From: Actinomycetota bacterium
GTDB lineage: Bacteria > Actinomycetota > Actinomycetes > S36-B12 > UBA5976
Length of the DNA stretch: 64,000 nucleotides
Direction: 5' to 3'
Assembly: GCA_026392515.1 (NCBI GenBank)
Contig: JAPLBY010000029.1
Span: 13,493-77,492 of the forward strand
Below, in pieces: positions 48,261-60,879 of this stretch (positions within the stretch are counted from its first letter, which is position 1; each line of letters begins with the position of its first letter). Under the pieces are notes generated by a model that saw nothing but the letters and a program-made list of their open reading frames with translations, was not told the DNA's origin and made no database searches. The translations under genes and the position numbers were made by a program.

Positions 48261-49217
48261 ATGTCCAAGCCAGTAGTACTTATCGCCGAAGAACTTTCGC
48301 CAGCCACTATTGCAGTTCTGGGCGAACAATTTGAAATTCGGCATTGTGATGGCGCTAACCGGACAGAATTACTCAGCAACCTTGCCTCAGCAAATGCCGT
48401 ACTAATTCGTTCGGCCACCAAGATGGACGCCGAAGCCATTGCCGCTGCGCCAGATTTGAAGATCATCGCGCGCGCTGGAGTTGGCCTAGACAACGTGGAT
48501 GTTCCTGCTGCAACCTCTGCCGGGGTGTTAGTTGTGAATGCCCCAACCAGCAACATCGTTTCAGCTGCAGAGTTAGCAGTTTCACTATTACTTGCTGTGG
48601 CTCGCAATGTAGTTCCCGCGAATTTAGCTCTAAAGAATGGCCAGTGGAAGCGTTCCCAATTTGGAGGAGTTGAACTCCAAGGTAAGACCGTCGGAATCAT
48701 TGGTATGGGCAAAATTGGAATGTTAGTTGCGCAGCGCCTAGCTGGCTTTGACATGAAGTTTGTCGCCTACGATCCATACGTCAAGGATGCACCTAAGGGT
48801 GGACCAGAAATCAAAATGGTTTCACTTGATGAGTTGCTAGCGGCGTCGGACTTTGTAACGATCCATATTCCAAAGACTCCAGAAACCGCTGGGCTTATTG
48901 ATTCCGCTGCACTGGCAAAGATGAAGCCAACTGCCTTTGTAATCAACGCAGCTCGCGGTGGAGTACTTGATGAAGATGCATTGTTTGATGCGCTTAAGTC
49001 AGGAACTATTGCTGGCGCTGGACTGGATGTCTATGCAACAGAACCATGCACCGATTCGCCGCTGTTTGCGCTCGACAATGTTGTTGCTACGCCGCATTTA
49101 GGTGCGTCAACTGAAGAAGCTCAAGAAAAAGCCGGTGTTGCAGTCGCTGAGTCTGTAGTCGCCGCGTTCGCAGGAAACGTCGTTCCAGGCGCAGTTAACG
49201 CTGATTCAATTAGCTAG
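48261..49217 (+). CDS. serA: D-3-phosphoglycerate dehydrogenase, short form lacking ASB and ACT domains
   Basis: GIIGMGKIGMLVAQRL NAD motif. Ends right after the catalytic core. Sits in the ilvC...serA...leuB synteny position. Confidence 0.8.
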   Translation: MSKPVVLIAEELSPATIAVLGEQFEIRHCDGANRTELLSNLASANAVLIRSATKMDAEAIAAAPDLKIIARAGVGLDNVDVPAATSAGVLVVNAPTSNIVSAAELAVSLLLAVARNVVPANLALKNGQWKRSQFGGVELQGKTVGIIGMGKIGMLVAQRLAGFDMKFVAYDPYVKDAPKGGPEIKMVSLDELLAASDFVTIHIPKTPETAGLIDSAALAKMKPTAFVINAARGGVLDEDALFDALKSGTIAGAGLDVYATEPCTDSPLFALDNVVATPHLGASTEEAQEKAGVAVAESVVAAFAGNVVPGAVNADSIS

Positions 49218-50439
49218 TTAGACCAACGCGGAACAGTTCAACCATTTCGTCGATCTCAGCTTCGGTAGTGCTAAGTGGTGGCGCTACTTGAAGTGCACCG
49301 CCCCAAATCGCACGTGAGATGACACCAACATCGCGGCACTTGCCATACATAGCAGGGGCAATGTTCGGATCAGCCATTTGAATACCACCTAAGAAACCAA
49401 CGCCGGTGCGAACTTCACTCACTACGTCTAGATCTTCAAGTGTGCGCAGAGCGCTTGCGAACTTGTCTTCCAACTTAGCTACGTGAGCTGGCAGATTTTC
49501 GCGCATCATGATCTTGATGTTTGCTATTCCGGCAGCGGCTGCAGTTGCGTGCCCACCGTAGGTATAGCCATGGCGCCAAACACCAGCACTAGGTGCGTAA
49601 AAAGTTTCCCAAACCGAAGGAGCAGCAATTACTGCGCCCATTGGTGCATAACCTGAAGTTAAACCCTTTGCGACGGTAATCAAATCTGGTTGCAATCCAT
49701 ATCGGGTAGAAGCAAACCAATCGCCGCAGCGACCAAAACCGTTGATGACTTCATCGGCTACGAAAAGTATGTTGCGCTCAGCACAGGCCTTGCGAACAGT
49801 TTGAAGGTATAAATCTGGTGGAATCCGAACGCCACCAGCGCCTTGAATTGGTTCACAAAAGAAAGCCGCAATGTTTTCTTCGCCAATTCGATCAATTGTT
49901 GCGATCATTTCATCAGCGTCGTCCCAAGGAACGCGCACCACATCTTCAACCAATTCGGAGTACCCGTCGTTGTTTGGCGGGATACCAGCGATGGAAGTGC
50001 CACCGGCATGCATGCCGTGGTAGCCGTTTTCGCGGAAGACAATAACTTTCTTCGAAGGCTTACCTTGCAAGGTCCAGAAGCGGCGAGACATTTTCAAGGC
50101 TGTATCAATACTGTCGCTACCGCCAGAAGTGAAAAAGATCTTTGAATCTGGCACTGGCGAAATCGAGGCAACTAAATCGGCAAGTTCAATTGTTGGGGCA
50201 GTGGTGCATTCGCCAAATGAAGAGTATGAGGCGATGTCAGCAGCTTGAGCTGCCATAGCTTCGCCAATTTCTTTACGGCCATGTCCAACGTTCATGTACC
50301 AAAGAGCGCCTGCGGCATCAAAGTATTTTTTGCCCTTGTCATCCCAAACCCATGACCCTTCACCCTTAGTCATCACTAGAGGACCATTGGTGGAAATTGC
50401 ATTCATGTCAGCGAAACCGTGCCAGAAAGCGTTATACAT
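49210..50439 (-). CDS. Class-III (omega) aminotransferase
   Basis: FVADEVINGFGR and PLP-lysine motif TVAKGLTSGY. Start at ATG 50439 (AAGGAG upstream). The 3' end overlaps serA by 8 nt. Confidence 0.85.
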   Translation of the reverse strand: MYNAFWHGFADMNAISTNGPLVMTKGEGSWVWDDKGKKYFDAAGALWYMNVGHGRKEIGEAMAAQAADIASYSSFGECTTAPTIELADLVASISPVPDSKIFFTSGGSDSIDTALKMSRRFWTLQGKPSKKVIVFRENGYHGMHAGGTSIAGIPPNNDGYSELVEDVVRVPWDDADEMIATIDRIGEENIAAFFCEPIQGAGGVRIPPDLYLQTVRKACAERNILFVADEVINGFGRCGDWFASTRYGLQPDLITVAKGLTSGYAPMGAVIAAPSVWETFYAPSAGVWRHGYTYGGHATAAAAGIANIKIMMRENLPAHVAKLEDKFASALRTLEDLDVVSEVRTGVGFLGGIQMADPNIAPAMYGKCRDVGVISRAIWGGALQVAPPLSTTEAEIDEMVELFRVGLTS

Positions 50440-50502
50440 ATTTACTCCTTCGAATTGATTCCAGAATACCAACAAAGCCTTACCCTGTGGCATAGTTAGC
50501 CC

Positions 50503-51053
50503 ATGATTTCTTGGCCGATTACTGAGCCAGTGCTGGTAGATAAGGCACTGATGTTGCGGCCATGGCACTTGGATGACGTTAATAGCGTTTACGAAATTTG
50601 CCAGGATCCAGCAATTCAAGAATTTACAACGGTTCCAGTTCCCTATACGCGAGAAATTGCTGACTTCTGGATTAGGTCTTCACCTCAAAAGTACCTGGAG
50701 CGAGACAAGATATCTCTAGCTGGAATTCGAAATGGCGAGATTGTGCTTTCAGTATCTATTCATGGAATTCACGAATTCGATCACGTTGGCGAAATTGGTT
50801 ACTGGGTTAGCCCAAATGCTCGCGGTGAAGGTCTAGCAGCACTTGCGGTGAAAATGATTTCTGACTTTGGATTTGCAATTGGATTTCGGCGCCTGTTCGC
50901 AATCACTTTGCCAGATAACTTGGCATCCCAAAAGTCTCTGATCAATGCTGGTTTTGAATTAGAAACCGTTTTACGTGATCGGATGACAAGACGAAATGGA
51001 ACCCAAGCGAACGCAGTTGTGTTTGCTAAGTTTCCAGATGTAAAAATTACGGA

Positions 51054-51057
<4 letters not shown>
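50503..51057 (+). CDS. GNAT-family N-acetyltransferase (RimJ/RimL-like)
   Basis: 184 aa with an acetyl-CoA-binding-type segment (IGYWVSPNARGEGLA). Confidence 0.7.
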
Positions 51058-53119
<2,062 letters not shown>

Positions 53120-53135
<16 letters not shown>

Positions 53136-53161
53136 CAGTCAAGGAGCAGGTTCGTAAACAT
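53120..53161 (-). CDS. Candidate leuA leader peptide [13 protein letters not shown]
   Basis: 13-codon ORF with three consecutive Leu codons (CTG CTC CTT). The 3' codons form the hairpin 5' arm and the stop sits in the loop. TAAAGT lies 7 nt upstream of the ATG. Confidence 0.5.
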
Positions 53162-53279
53162 TGCTTTCACTTTAGCACTGCGCGCCGATACTGGAAAAAC
53201 CACAGATTTGTGCCCAATGCGTTCGCTCCGTGAGATTTCGCTTTTTCCATTAATAAGGAACCCCGATACCCTTTATTGC

Positions 53280-54323
53280 ATGGCTAGCAACATTAAATTG
53301 GCAGTAATTCCCGGCGATGGCATTGGCGTGGAGGTAGTAGCTGAAGGACTTAAAGTCTTATCGGCAATCGCTCCTAGCGTTGACTTGACCTTTAGCACCA
53401 CCGATTACGACCTTGGTGCGCGCCGATACAACGCAACAGGCGAAACTTTGCCAGACAGCGTGGTTACTGAACTTAAAGAACACGATGCGATTTTGCTTGG
53501 TGCCATCGGCGATCCATCGGTTAAGCCAGGAATTCTGGAGCGCGGCGTTCTTTTGCCACTTCGTTTCCAGCTAGACCACCACTTGAATTTGCGTCCAGTG
53601 AAACTTTATCCAGGTGTTACCTCTCCACTTGTTGGAAAAGGGTCGAAAGAAATTGACTTTGTTGTTTGTCGCGAAGGAACTGAAGGTCCTTATGTTGGCG
53701 CGGGCGGTTTCCTACGTAAAGGCACAGAGCACGAAGTTGCAACTGAAATAAGCATGAACACTCGCTTTGGTGCTGAGCGAATTATTCGCGATGCATTCGA
53801 GCGGGCAGGTCGCCGTCGTGGCAAGGTCACACTTGTTCACAAAACCAACGTGATTGTTTATGCCGGTGATTTATGGCAGCGAGCGTTTAACGATGTTGCA
53901 GCTGAGTATCCAAATATCGAGATCGATTACTGCCACGTGGATGCAGCATCCATGTACTTCTTAACTTCGCCAGAACGATTCGATGTAATTGTTACCGACA
54001 ACTTGTTCGGCGACATTCTTACTGATATCGGCGCAGCTATTGCCGGTGGTATCGGATTAGCAGCCAGTGGAAACATTGATCCAAGTCGCACTAACCCAAG
54101 TATGTTTGAGCCAGTTCATGGCAGCGCACCAGACATCGCTGGCCAAGGTAAAGCCGATCCAACTGCAACTGTTTTGAGTATTGCCATGTTGTTAGATCAT
54201 TTGGGATATGCAGATGCAGCAAAGAAGATCGACGATGTAGTGGCTGCGGATCTGGCATCACGAACTGGCACGCGCTCAACCAGCCAAATTGGTGACGCAC
54301 TAGCAGCAGCAGTCGCAGGCTAA
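53280..54323 (+). CDS. leuB: 3-isopropylmalate dehydrogenase
   Basis: [20 protein letters not shown]-terminus and NLFGDILTD motif. The ORF-track start at 53130 is rejected as an extension. Confidence 0.93.
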   Translation: MASNIKLAVIPGDGIGVEVVAEGLKVLSAIAPSVDLTFSTTDYDLGARRYNATGETLPDSVVTELKEHDAILLGAIGDPSVKPGILERGVLLPLRFQLDHHLNLRPVKLYPGVTSPLVGKGSKEIDFVVCREGTEGPYVGAGGFLRKGTEHEVATEISMNTRFGAERIIRDAFERAGRRRGKVTLVHKTNVIVYAGDLWQRAFNDVAAEYPNIEIDYCHVDAASMYFLTSPERFDVIVTDNLFGDILTDIGAAIAGGIGLAASGNIDPSRTNPSMFEPVHGSAPDIAGQGKADPTATVLSIAMLLDHLGYADAAKKIDDVVAADLASRTGTRSTSQIGDALAAAVAG

Positions 54324-54332
54324 GGATTCGCT

Positions 54333-55523
54333 ATGACAACTTTCGTTCACAATGATTTAGATGTTTCAGCTGCAAATGTTGTTGCCTCAGGGCAACCGCT
54401 TTATCCAGCAGTTGAGCGAACTAGCGCGGTTGCTGCAATTGCAAACCATGCAAACCCATCTCCAGCTAGCGCCGAACAGCGCGCAGCAATTTTTGCTGAT
54501 CCTGGTTTTGGTAAGTACTTCACTGACAATGTGGTGCGCGCAGTTTGGACAAAAGCTGATGGCTGGCATCAAGCCGAAATAGTTTCTGGTTCAGCCAGCG
54601 CTGGTGGTCTAGGTATCAACGCACTGCATTACGGTCAATCAATCTTCGAAGGTCTTAAGGCTTATCGCCAAGCAGATGGTGGCATTTACACATTCCGCCC
54701 AGAAGCAAATGCTCTGCGCTTTCAGCGTTCGGCACATCGTCTCGCTTTGCCACCGGTGCCTACTGATTTGTTTATTGGTTCGATTGAAGCATTAGTTCGC
54801 CAGGATCAAGCTTGGGTTCCTACGGATCCAGATCAGTCCTTGTACTTACGCCCACTTGAATTTGGCTCGGAAGATGCTTTGGGCGTTCGTCCATCAACGC
54901 ACGTTACATATGTATTGATGGCCTCACCAGTTGGCGCCTACTTCCCGCAAGGTGTTAAGCCAGTATCAGTTTGGTTAAGCGACGAATATGTTCGCGCTGC
55001 ACCTGGTGGTACTGGTGAAGCTAAGTGCGCAGGAAACTACGCATCAAGTTTGATTGCCCAGGCTGAAGCTTCGGACAATGGTTGCGATCAAGTTGTTTGG
55101 ATAGACGCGATCGAGCGCAAATACATTGAAGAAATGGGTGGCATGAACATGTTCTTCGTCTATGGCTCCGGTTCAAGCGCTCGTTTGCTCACGCCACGAC
55201 TAACTGGAACTTTATTGCCAGGTGTAACAAGAGATTCAATCCTTACTTTGGCGCGCGACCTTGGTTACCAAGCCGAAGAAGGAACTATCACTGTTGAGCA
55301 ATGGCGTGAAGGCTGCGCAAGTGGTGAGATCACGGAAACATTTGCTTGCGGAACGGCTGCGGTAATCACTCCGGTTGGCCGCGTTGATAGCAAGAACAGC
55401 GGTGCTTGGAATATTGCAGATGGTGGCTCAGGTGACATCACAATGAAACTGCGCGCAGCACTTGTTGATCTACAAACCGGTAAGGCACCGGATAACCATA
55501 ACTGGATGCATCGGATCGTCTAA
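54333..55523 (+). CDS. ilvE: Branched-chain amino acid aminotransferase
   Basis: Class-IV aminotransferase sequence (LHYGQSIFEGLKAY, EAKCAGNYASS, GVTRDSIL). Confidence 0.9.
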   Translation: MTTFVHNDLDVSAANVVASGQPLYPAVERTSAVAAIANHANPSPASAEQRAAIFADPGFGKYFTDNVVRAVWTKADGWHQAEIVSGSASAGGLGINALHYGQSIFEGLKAYRQADGGIYTFRPEANALRFQRSAHRLALPPVPTDLFIGSIEALVRQDQAWVPTDPDQSLYLRPLEFGSEDALGVRPSTHVTYVLMASPVGAYFPQGVKPVSVWLSDEYVRAAPGGTGEAKCAGNYASSLIAQAEASDNGCDQVVWIDAIERKYIEEMGGMNMFFVYGSGSSARLLTPRLTGTLLPGVTRDSILTLARDLGYQAEEGTITVEQWREGCASGEITETFACGTAAVITPVGRVDSKNSGAWNIADGGSGDITMKLRAALVDLQTGKAPDNHNWMHRIV

Positions 55524-57118
55524 TGTCTAAAACTTCCCCTGTTACCGACGCATTTCATCTTTACGACACAACACTTCGCGATGGCGCCCAACGCGAGGGA
55601 ATTAGCTACTCAGTCGAAGACAAGCTAACAATTGCAAAACTGCTAGATGGTTATGGCGTTGGATTCATTGAAGGTGGCTGGCCAGGCGCATTGCCAAAGG
55701 ACACAGAGTTCTTTGCGCGCATTGCCGCTGGTGAGTTAGTTCTAAAGAACGCAAAGCTGGTCGCTTTTGGCGCAACTCGCAAAGCTGGAGTTAAGGCCGA
55801 AGAAGATGCGCAGGTTAAAGCATTACTGGATTCACAAGCTCCAGTGATCACCTTGGTTGCAAAGAGCGATGTTTGGCACGTAGAGCAAGCACTTAAAACA
55901 ACTAACGAAGAAAACCTGGCAATGATCGGCGACACTGTTGCATATTTAGTGTCACAAGGCCGCAGAGTATTCGTGGACTTTGAACACTTCTTTGATGGCT
56001 ACAAACATGATTCTGATTACGGCGTCGAAGCAGTAAAGGTTGCTATGAAAGCTGGCGCGGATGTTGCAGTGCTTTGCGACACCAACGGTGGAATGCTGCC
56101 ATCTGGAATTGCCACGATCGTTACTGACGTAATGAATAGAACTCAGGCTCGACTTGGAATTCATTGCCAAGATGACACTGGATGTGCGATTGCAAACAGC
56201 GTTGCGGCAGTTGAAGCAGGTGCGACGCATGTGCAGTGCACTGCAAATGGTTACGGTGAACGCACTGGTAACGCTGACCTATTTGTGGTCGCTGCGAACT
56301 TGCAGTTAAAGCTTGGAATCAACTGTCTGCCTGAAGAATCCCTTAAGGATTCGATGCGGATTTCACATGCCTTGGCAGAAATTGCCAACCTGCCACCTGA
56401 TACGCATCAGCCATACGTTGGTGTTTCATCTTTTGCGCACAAAGCTGGTTTACACGCAAGCGCACTAAAGGTTAATCACGAGCTTTATAACCACATTGAT
56501 GCTTCGGTTGTTGGAAACGATATGCGAGTACTTGTTACCGAGATGGCCGGACGTGCATCAATTGAGATGAAGGGTGCCGAACTTGGTTATGACCTTTCCA
56601 AAGAACCAGAAGCAATTACTCGCGTAGTTGAACAAGTTAAAGATCTAGAAGCACATGGCTGGTCCTTTGAAGCAGCGGATGCATCATTTGAATTACTTTT
56701 GCAAGATGCGTTAGCAGGTAAGTCCACAAAGAAGTTCACCGTTGAATCTTGGCGAACCATTGTCGAACAACGTGAAGACGGCCAAATAGTTAGTGAAGCA
56801 ACCGTCAAGGTTCATGCTGATGGCCAACGCATAGTTGCAACCGGCGAAGGTAATGGTCCGGTTAACGCATTGGACAACGCTTTGCGCTCTGCTCTAGTAC
56901 AGCACTTCCCACAAATTGCAGAACTCGATCTTGTGGACTACAAGGTTCGTATTCTTGATGGCGGCCTAGGTACTGGCGCGGTAACCCGAGTGCTAATCGA
57001 AACTGCCGAAAAGGGACGACGTTGGACCACGGTCGGCGTAAGCGAGAACGTTATTGCAGCTTCTTGGCTTGCTCTTGAAGATGCGATCTCGTACGGCTTA
57101 CTAGGCAAAACCAGTTAA
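55523..57118 (+). CDS. cimA: Citramalate synthase (LeuA/CimA family, CimA-type)
   Basis: LYDTTLRDGAQREGISYSVEDKL, HCQDDTGCAIANS and the LeuA-dimer C-terminal domain. Positioned after ilvE as in other actinobacteria. Confidence 0.8.
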   Translation: MSKTSPVTDAFHLYDTTLRDGAQREGISYSVEDKLTIAKLLDGYGVGFIEGGWPGALPKDTEFFARIAAGELVLKNAKLVAFGATRKAGVKAEEDAQVKALLDSQAPVITLVAKSDVWHVEQALKTTNEENLAMIGDTVAYLVSQGRRVFVDFEHFFDGYKHDSDYGVEAVKVAMKAGADVAVLCDTNGGMLPSGIATIVTDVMNRTQARLGIHCQDDTGCAIANSVAAVEAGATHVQCTANGYGERTGNADLFVVAANLQLKLGINCLPEESLKDSMRISHALAEIANLPPDTHQPYVGVSSFAHKAGLHASALKVNHELYNHIDASVVGNDMRVLVTEMAGRASIEMKGAELGYDLSKEPEAITRVVEQVKDLEAHGWSFEAADASFELLLQDALAGKSTKKFTVESWRTIVEQREDGQIVSEATVKVHADGQRIVATGEGNGPVNALDNALRSALVQHFPQIAELDLVDYKVRILDGGLGTGAVTRVLIETAEKGRRWTTVGVSENVIAASWLALEDAISYGLLGKTS

Positions 57119-57152
57119 CTGAACTTTTTTGCATAACCAGTAGTCTTAGTAA

Positions 57153-57917
57153 ATGCGTATTGCTCGAGTTTCGGTCCCTGGCGTTGAATTTCCGGTTTAC
57201 GGAGTTATCACTGGCGACAAAATTGAATTGATCACTGGTCTACCTTGGCCAGACATCAGCGATCCAGTTGCTGCCCTAAACCTTGCAGATGTGAAAATCC
57301 TTGCTCCAGTGATTCCAAGCAAAGTTGTATGCGTTGGCAAAAACTATGCAGATCACGCTAAGGAAATGGGTGGCGATGTTCCGACGGAACCAGTTATCTT
57401 CCTGAAGCCAAACACCACGGTGATTGGCGATGGCGACTTTATTGTCTTGCCACCTCAGTCAACTAATGTCCATCATGAAGCTGAACTAGCAATTGTGATT
57501 GGCGCATTAGCCAAGAATGTTGAAATTGATCGCGCGGATGAAGTCATCTTTGGTTACACCTGCGCAAACGATGTCACAGCCCGAGATCTGCAGAACAGCG
57601 ATGTGCAATGGACTCGCTCCAAGAGCTTTGATACTTTCTGCCCACTTGGTCCGTGGATTGAAACGGAATTAGATCCCGAAAACTTAGGCATCTCATGCCG
57701 AGTGAACGGCGTTACAAAGCAAGACGGAAACACTAGTGATTTAGTTCGCAGCGCTCGTGAAATGGTGTCTTGGATTTCGCACATGATGACTTTGCTGCCA
57801 GGTGATGTGATCTTGACGGGTACACCTGCTGGCGTTAGTTCAATCGTGTCTGGCGACTCGGTATCAGTAACTATTGAAGATATTGGTACTCTTACTAATT
57901 CAGTCACTGTTCGTTAA
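57153..57917 (+). CDS. Fumarylacetoacetate hydrolase (FAH) family protein
   Basis: [17 protein letters not shown] and [11 protein letters not shown] motifs. Confidence 0.8.
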   Translation: MRIARVSVPGVEFPVYGVITGDKIELITGLPWPDISDPVAALNLADVKILAPVIPSKVVCVGKNYADHAKEMGGDVPTEPVIFLKPNTTVIGDGDFIVLPPQSTNVHHEAELAIVIGALAKNVEIDRADEVIFGYTCANDVTARDLQNSDVQWTRSKSFDTFCPLGPWIETELDPENLGISCRVNGVTKQDGNTSDLVRSAREMVSWISHMMTLLPGDVILTGTPAGVSSIVSGDSVSVTIEDIGTLTNSVTVR

Positions 57918-57937
57918 AGAACTATTCAGGAGAATCT

Positions 57938-59419
57938 GTGTCAAACGTTCGAGTTCGGTTCTGTCCTTCGCCGACAGGAAACCCGCACGTAGGCATGATC
58001 CGCACTGCCTTATTCAACTGGGCTTATGCCCGTCACACTGGCGGAACTTTTGTTTTTCGAATTGAAGACACCGATACCTCGCGAGATTCTGAGCAGTCCT
58101 ACACCGACCTTCTAGATTCATTGCGTTGGCTTGGCATGGATTGGGATGAAGGTCCAGAAGTTGGCGGCCCGAATGCCCCGTATCGACAATCCCAGCGCAT
58201 GGATATCTATGCCGACATTGCTGGCAAGTTACTAGATTCTGGAAACGCTTATCACTGCTACTGCTCTCAAGAAGAACTTGAAGAACGTCGGGAAGCTGCG
58301 CGTGAAGCTGGCAAGACTCCAGGTTATGACGGCGCTTGTCGCACATTAACTGCAGAACAAAAATCTGAGTATGAAACACAAGGGCGATCCCCGGTTGTTC
58401 GCTTCCGAATGCCAGATACTGACTTCACTTGGACCGATCTTGTTCGTGGCGATGTAACTTTCGCAGCGGAGCATGTTCCGGACTATGTAATTGTGCGCGC
58501 AACAGGGGAGCCGCTTTATACCTTGGTAAATCCAGTTGATGACGTACTGATGGAAATCACTCACGTGCTTCGCGGCGAAGACTTATTAAGTAGTACTCCA
58601 CGTCAGCTTGCTCTTTACGATGCATTAAAAGCAATTGGTGTCGCAAAAGGTGAACGCCCCCTTTATGGTCACTTGCCATATGTAATGGGCGAAGGAAATA
58701 AGAAGCTTTCTAAGCGCGATCCAGAATCAAGTCTTTTGATGTATCGCGAAGAAGGTTACTTACCTGAAGGCCTACTTAACTACCTTGCCCTTTTGGGTTG
58801 GGCGTTTGGTGAAGATCGCGAATTCTTCTCAAAGGAAGAAATGGCAACAGTCTTTGATGTCGCTCGTGTTAATGCCAACCCAGCACGTTTTGACTTAAAG
58901 AAGTGCACTTCGATTAACGGGGACTGGATTCGAACTTTGGCGCCAGAGGAATTAGCCACACGAATTACTCCGTTCTTGATCAAGGATGGAATTCTGTCCG
59001 CAGAGCCAACTGCAGAGCAGATGGAAGTCTTGAAGAACGCAATTCCGCTAGTGCAAGAACGAATGGAAACTTTGCGCCAGGGTATTGGAATGGTGGGCTT
59101 CCTATTTGCCGATCAATCCGGCAGTCCAGTGTTTGCAGTTGATCCAGTTGAAGCCGAAAAGGTTTTGACTCCAGAAGCACAGCCGGTATTAGTTGCTGCC
59201 TTAGCTGCACTTACTGGTGTGGCCGATTGGACTACGCCAGCAATTGAAGAAGCACTGCGCACTGCTTTAATTGAAGGCCTGGAACTAAAACCTAAGGTAG
59301 CTTTTGGTCCAGTTCGAGTTGCTGTGACGGGACGTCGAGTTTCACCACCACTATTTGAGTCCCTTGAAATTCTTGGTAGAGAACGATCCCTAGCCCGAAT
59401 TACTGCCTCAATAAAATAG
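57938..59419 (+). CDS. gltX: Glutamyl-tRNA synthetase
   Basis: GTG start (AGGAG upstream). [13 protein letters not shown] (HIGH region) and KLSKR (KMSKS). Confidence 0.95.
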   Translation: MSNVRVRFCPSPTGNPHVGMIRTALFNWAYARHTGGTFVFRIEDTDTSRDSEQSYTDLLDSLRWLGMDWDEGPEVGGPNAPYRQSQRMDIYADIAGKLLDSGNAYHCYCSQEELEERREAAREAGKTPGYDGACRTLTAEQKSEYETQGRSPVVRFRMPDTDFTWTDLVRGDVTFAAEHVPDYVIVRATGEPLYTLVNPVDDVLMEITHVLRGEDLLSSTPRQLALYDALKAIGVAKGERPLYGHLPYVMGEGNKKLSKRDPESSLLMYREEGYLPEGLLNYLALLGWAFGEDREFFSKEEMATVFDVARVNANPARFDLKKCTSINGDWIRTLAPEELATRITPFLIKDGILSAEPTAEQMEVLKNAIPLVQERMETLRQGIGMVGFLFADQSGSPVFAVDPVEAEKVLTPEAQPVLVAALAALTGVADWTTPAIEEALRTALIEGLELKPKVAFGPVRVAVTGRRVSPPLFESLEILGRERSLARITASIK

Positions 59420-59486
59420 GCGTCTGAGATTACGCATTTCGCTCAATCACTTGGCCTGAGATAGAATTTCGACTCGTAATGCCATT

Positions 59487-59561
59487 TGGGATATGGGGTA
59501 ATTGGCAGCCCAACTGATTCTGGTTCAGTTAGTCTTGGTTCGAGTCCAGGTATCCCAGCCA
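59487..59561 (+). tRNA. tRNA-Gln (anticodon CTG), CCA encoded
   Basis: Hand-folded cloverleaf: acceptor TGGGATA/TATCCCA, anticodon stem ACTGA/TCAGT, loop TTCTGGT, T-arm CTTGG-TTCGAGT-CCAGG. 75 nt. Confidence 0.9.
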
Positions 59562-59607
59562 CATAAATACATTCCAATTGATTCCAAATCGTGGAATAGT
59601 GAACCTC

Positions 59608-60831
59608 ATGAGTAAGCGGCAATTGCCAAGATGGTCAGACTTAAAACCAATCCTGGGATTCAAGTCACCATTTTCCAGAAGTGATGCGGTTTCCTGCGCA
59701 GTCACAATCTCTCAGCTGAGAAACATTGGTAAATCAAAAACCCCGCGTGCAGTTTTTGACTACACCGATGGCGCAGCTGGCGAAGAGCTAAGTTACGGAC
59801 GGGCTTATGAGGCTTACCGACGCTTAGAGTTCCACCCACATGTTTTGCGCGATGTTTCGGTCGTTGATACCTCCATTTCAATCTTTGGCCAAAAGTCCGC
59901 CTTGCCTTTTGTGTTTAGTCCAACTGGATTCACGCGCATGATGCATTACCAAGGCGAACCTGCAGTTGCTAAAGTTGCCGCCGAGTTTGGCATCCCATAT
60001 ACCTTGTCAACACTTGGAACAACTTCAATTGAAGATCTTGCCGCCGCTGCACCTGAAACCCGAAAGTGGTTCCAACTTTATTTGTGGCGAGATAAAACCA
60101 CTCGTTATGAATTAGTAGAACGAGCTGCAGCCGCAGGTTACGAAGCAATCATGCTCACAGTCGACACAGTAGTTGGTGGCATGCGAGTACGGGATGTAGA
60201 AAATGGCCTAACTATTCCACCGCAGTTAACGCTAAAAACTATGGTGGATATGGCGAAGTATCCAAAATGGTGGGGCAACTTACTGACAACAAAACCACTT
60301 GAGTTTGCATCACTAAAAACAACCGGTGGCACGGTTGCTGAACTTATGAATAGTGTCTTTGATCCATCAATCACTATGAAAGATGTGGAATGGCTAAAGG
60401 CGAATTGGCCCGGCAAGTTAATTGTTAAAGGTGTGCAAAATGTAAACGATGCTGCGATGCTGGCCAGCGCCGGTGTTGACGCAGTTGTGCTTTCAAATCA
60501 TGGGGGACGACAACTTGATAGATCGGTAGTACCACTAGAACTTTTGCCATCTGTAAAGAGTGCAATCTCTGACACAAATACTCAACTGTTCATTGACGGT
60601 GGCGCATTGTCTGGCTCTGACATTGTTGGCGGCATTGGATTAGGTGCGGATGCAGTTCTAGTTGGCCGGGCCTATCTTTACGGAATTATGGCCGGTGGGG
60701 AAGCAGGCGTTCGACGAGCTGCACAAATCCTGCAAGGTGAGGTCGAGCAAACTATGCGACTGATGGGGATTACATCTCTGGATCAACTGACACCAGACAT
60801 GGTCCGATTCCGCGGCCAGGAAAAGTTCTAA
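59608..60831 (+). CDS. lldD: FMN-dependent alpha-hydroxy-acid (L-lactate/glycolate) dehydrogenase
   Basis: FDYTDGAAGEE, SNHGGRQLD and DGGALSGSDIV motifs. Start taken at ATG 59608. Confidence 0.8.
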   Translation: MSKRQLPRWSDLKPILGFKSPFSRSDAVSCAVTISQLRNIGKSKTPRAVFDYTDGAAGEELSYGRAYEAYRRLEFHPHVLRDVSVVDTSISIFGQKSALPFVFSPTGFTRMMHYQGEPAVAKVAAEFGIPYTLSTLGTTSIEDLAAAAPETRKWFQLYLWRDKTTRYELVERAAAAGYEAIMLTVDTVVGGMRVRDVENGLTIPPQLTLKTMVDMAKYPKWWGNLLTTKPLEFASLKTTGGTVAELMNSVFDPSITMKDVEWLKANWPGKLIVKGVQNVNDAAMLASAGVDAVVLSNHGGRQLDRSVVPLELLPSVKSAISDTNTQLFIDGGALSGSDIVGGIGLGADAVLVGRAYLYGIMAGGEAGVRRAAQILQGEVEQTMRLMGITSLDQLTPDMVRFRGQEKF

Positions 60832-60853
60832 AGAGTTTTTAGTTAAATAAAAA

Positions 60854-60869
60854 AGACCCCTGAGGGTCT
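60854..60869. terminator. Hairpin AGACCC-CTGA-GGGTCT with a flanking A/T run. Terminator for tRNA-Glu (-) and probably lldD (+)
   Basis: 6-bp GC-rich stem. On the minus strand it is followed by TTTTTTATTT. Confidence 0.65.
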
Positions 60870-60879
60870 GATTCATTTG

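Noticed and set aside
53167-53250. 27-codon minus-strand [30 protein letters not shown] upstream of the LLL leader in the leuA/leuB intergenic region.
   Set aside because: It has only scattered Leu codons and no SD. It would need a promoter inside leuB, and it overlaps the better-supported -10/-35 of the LLL leader.
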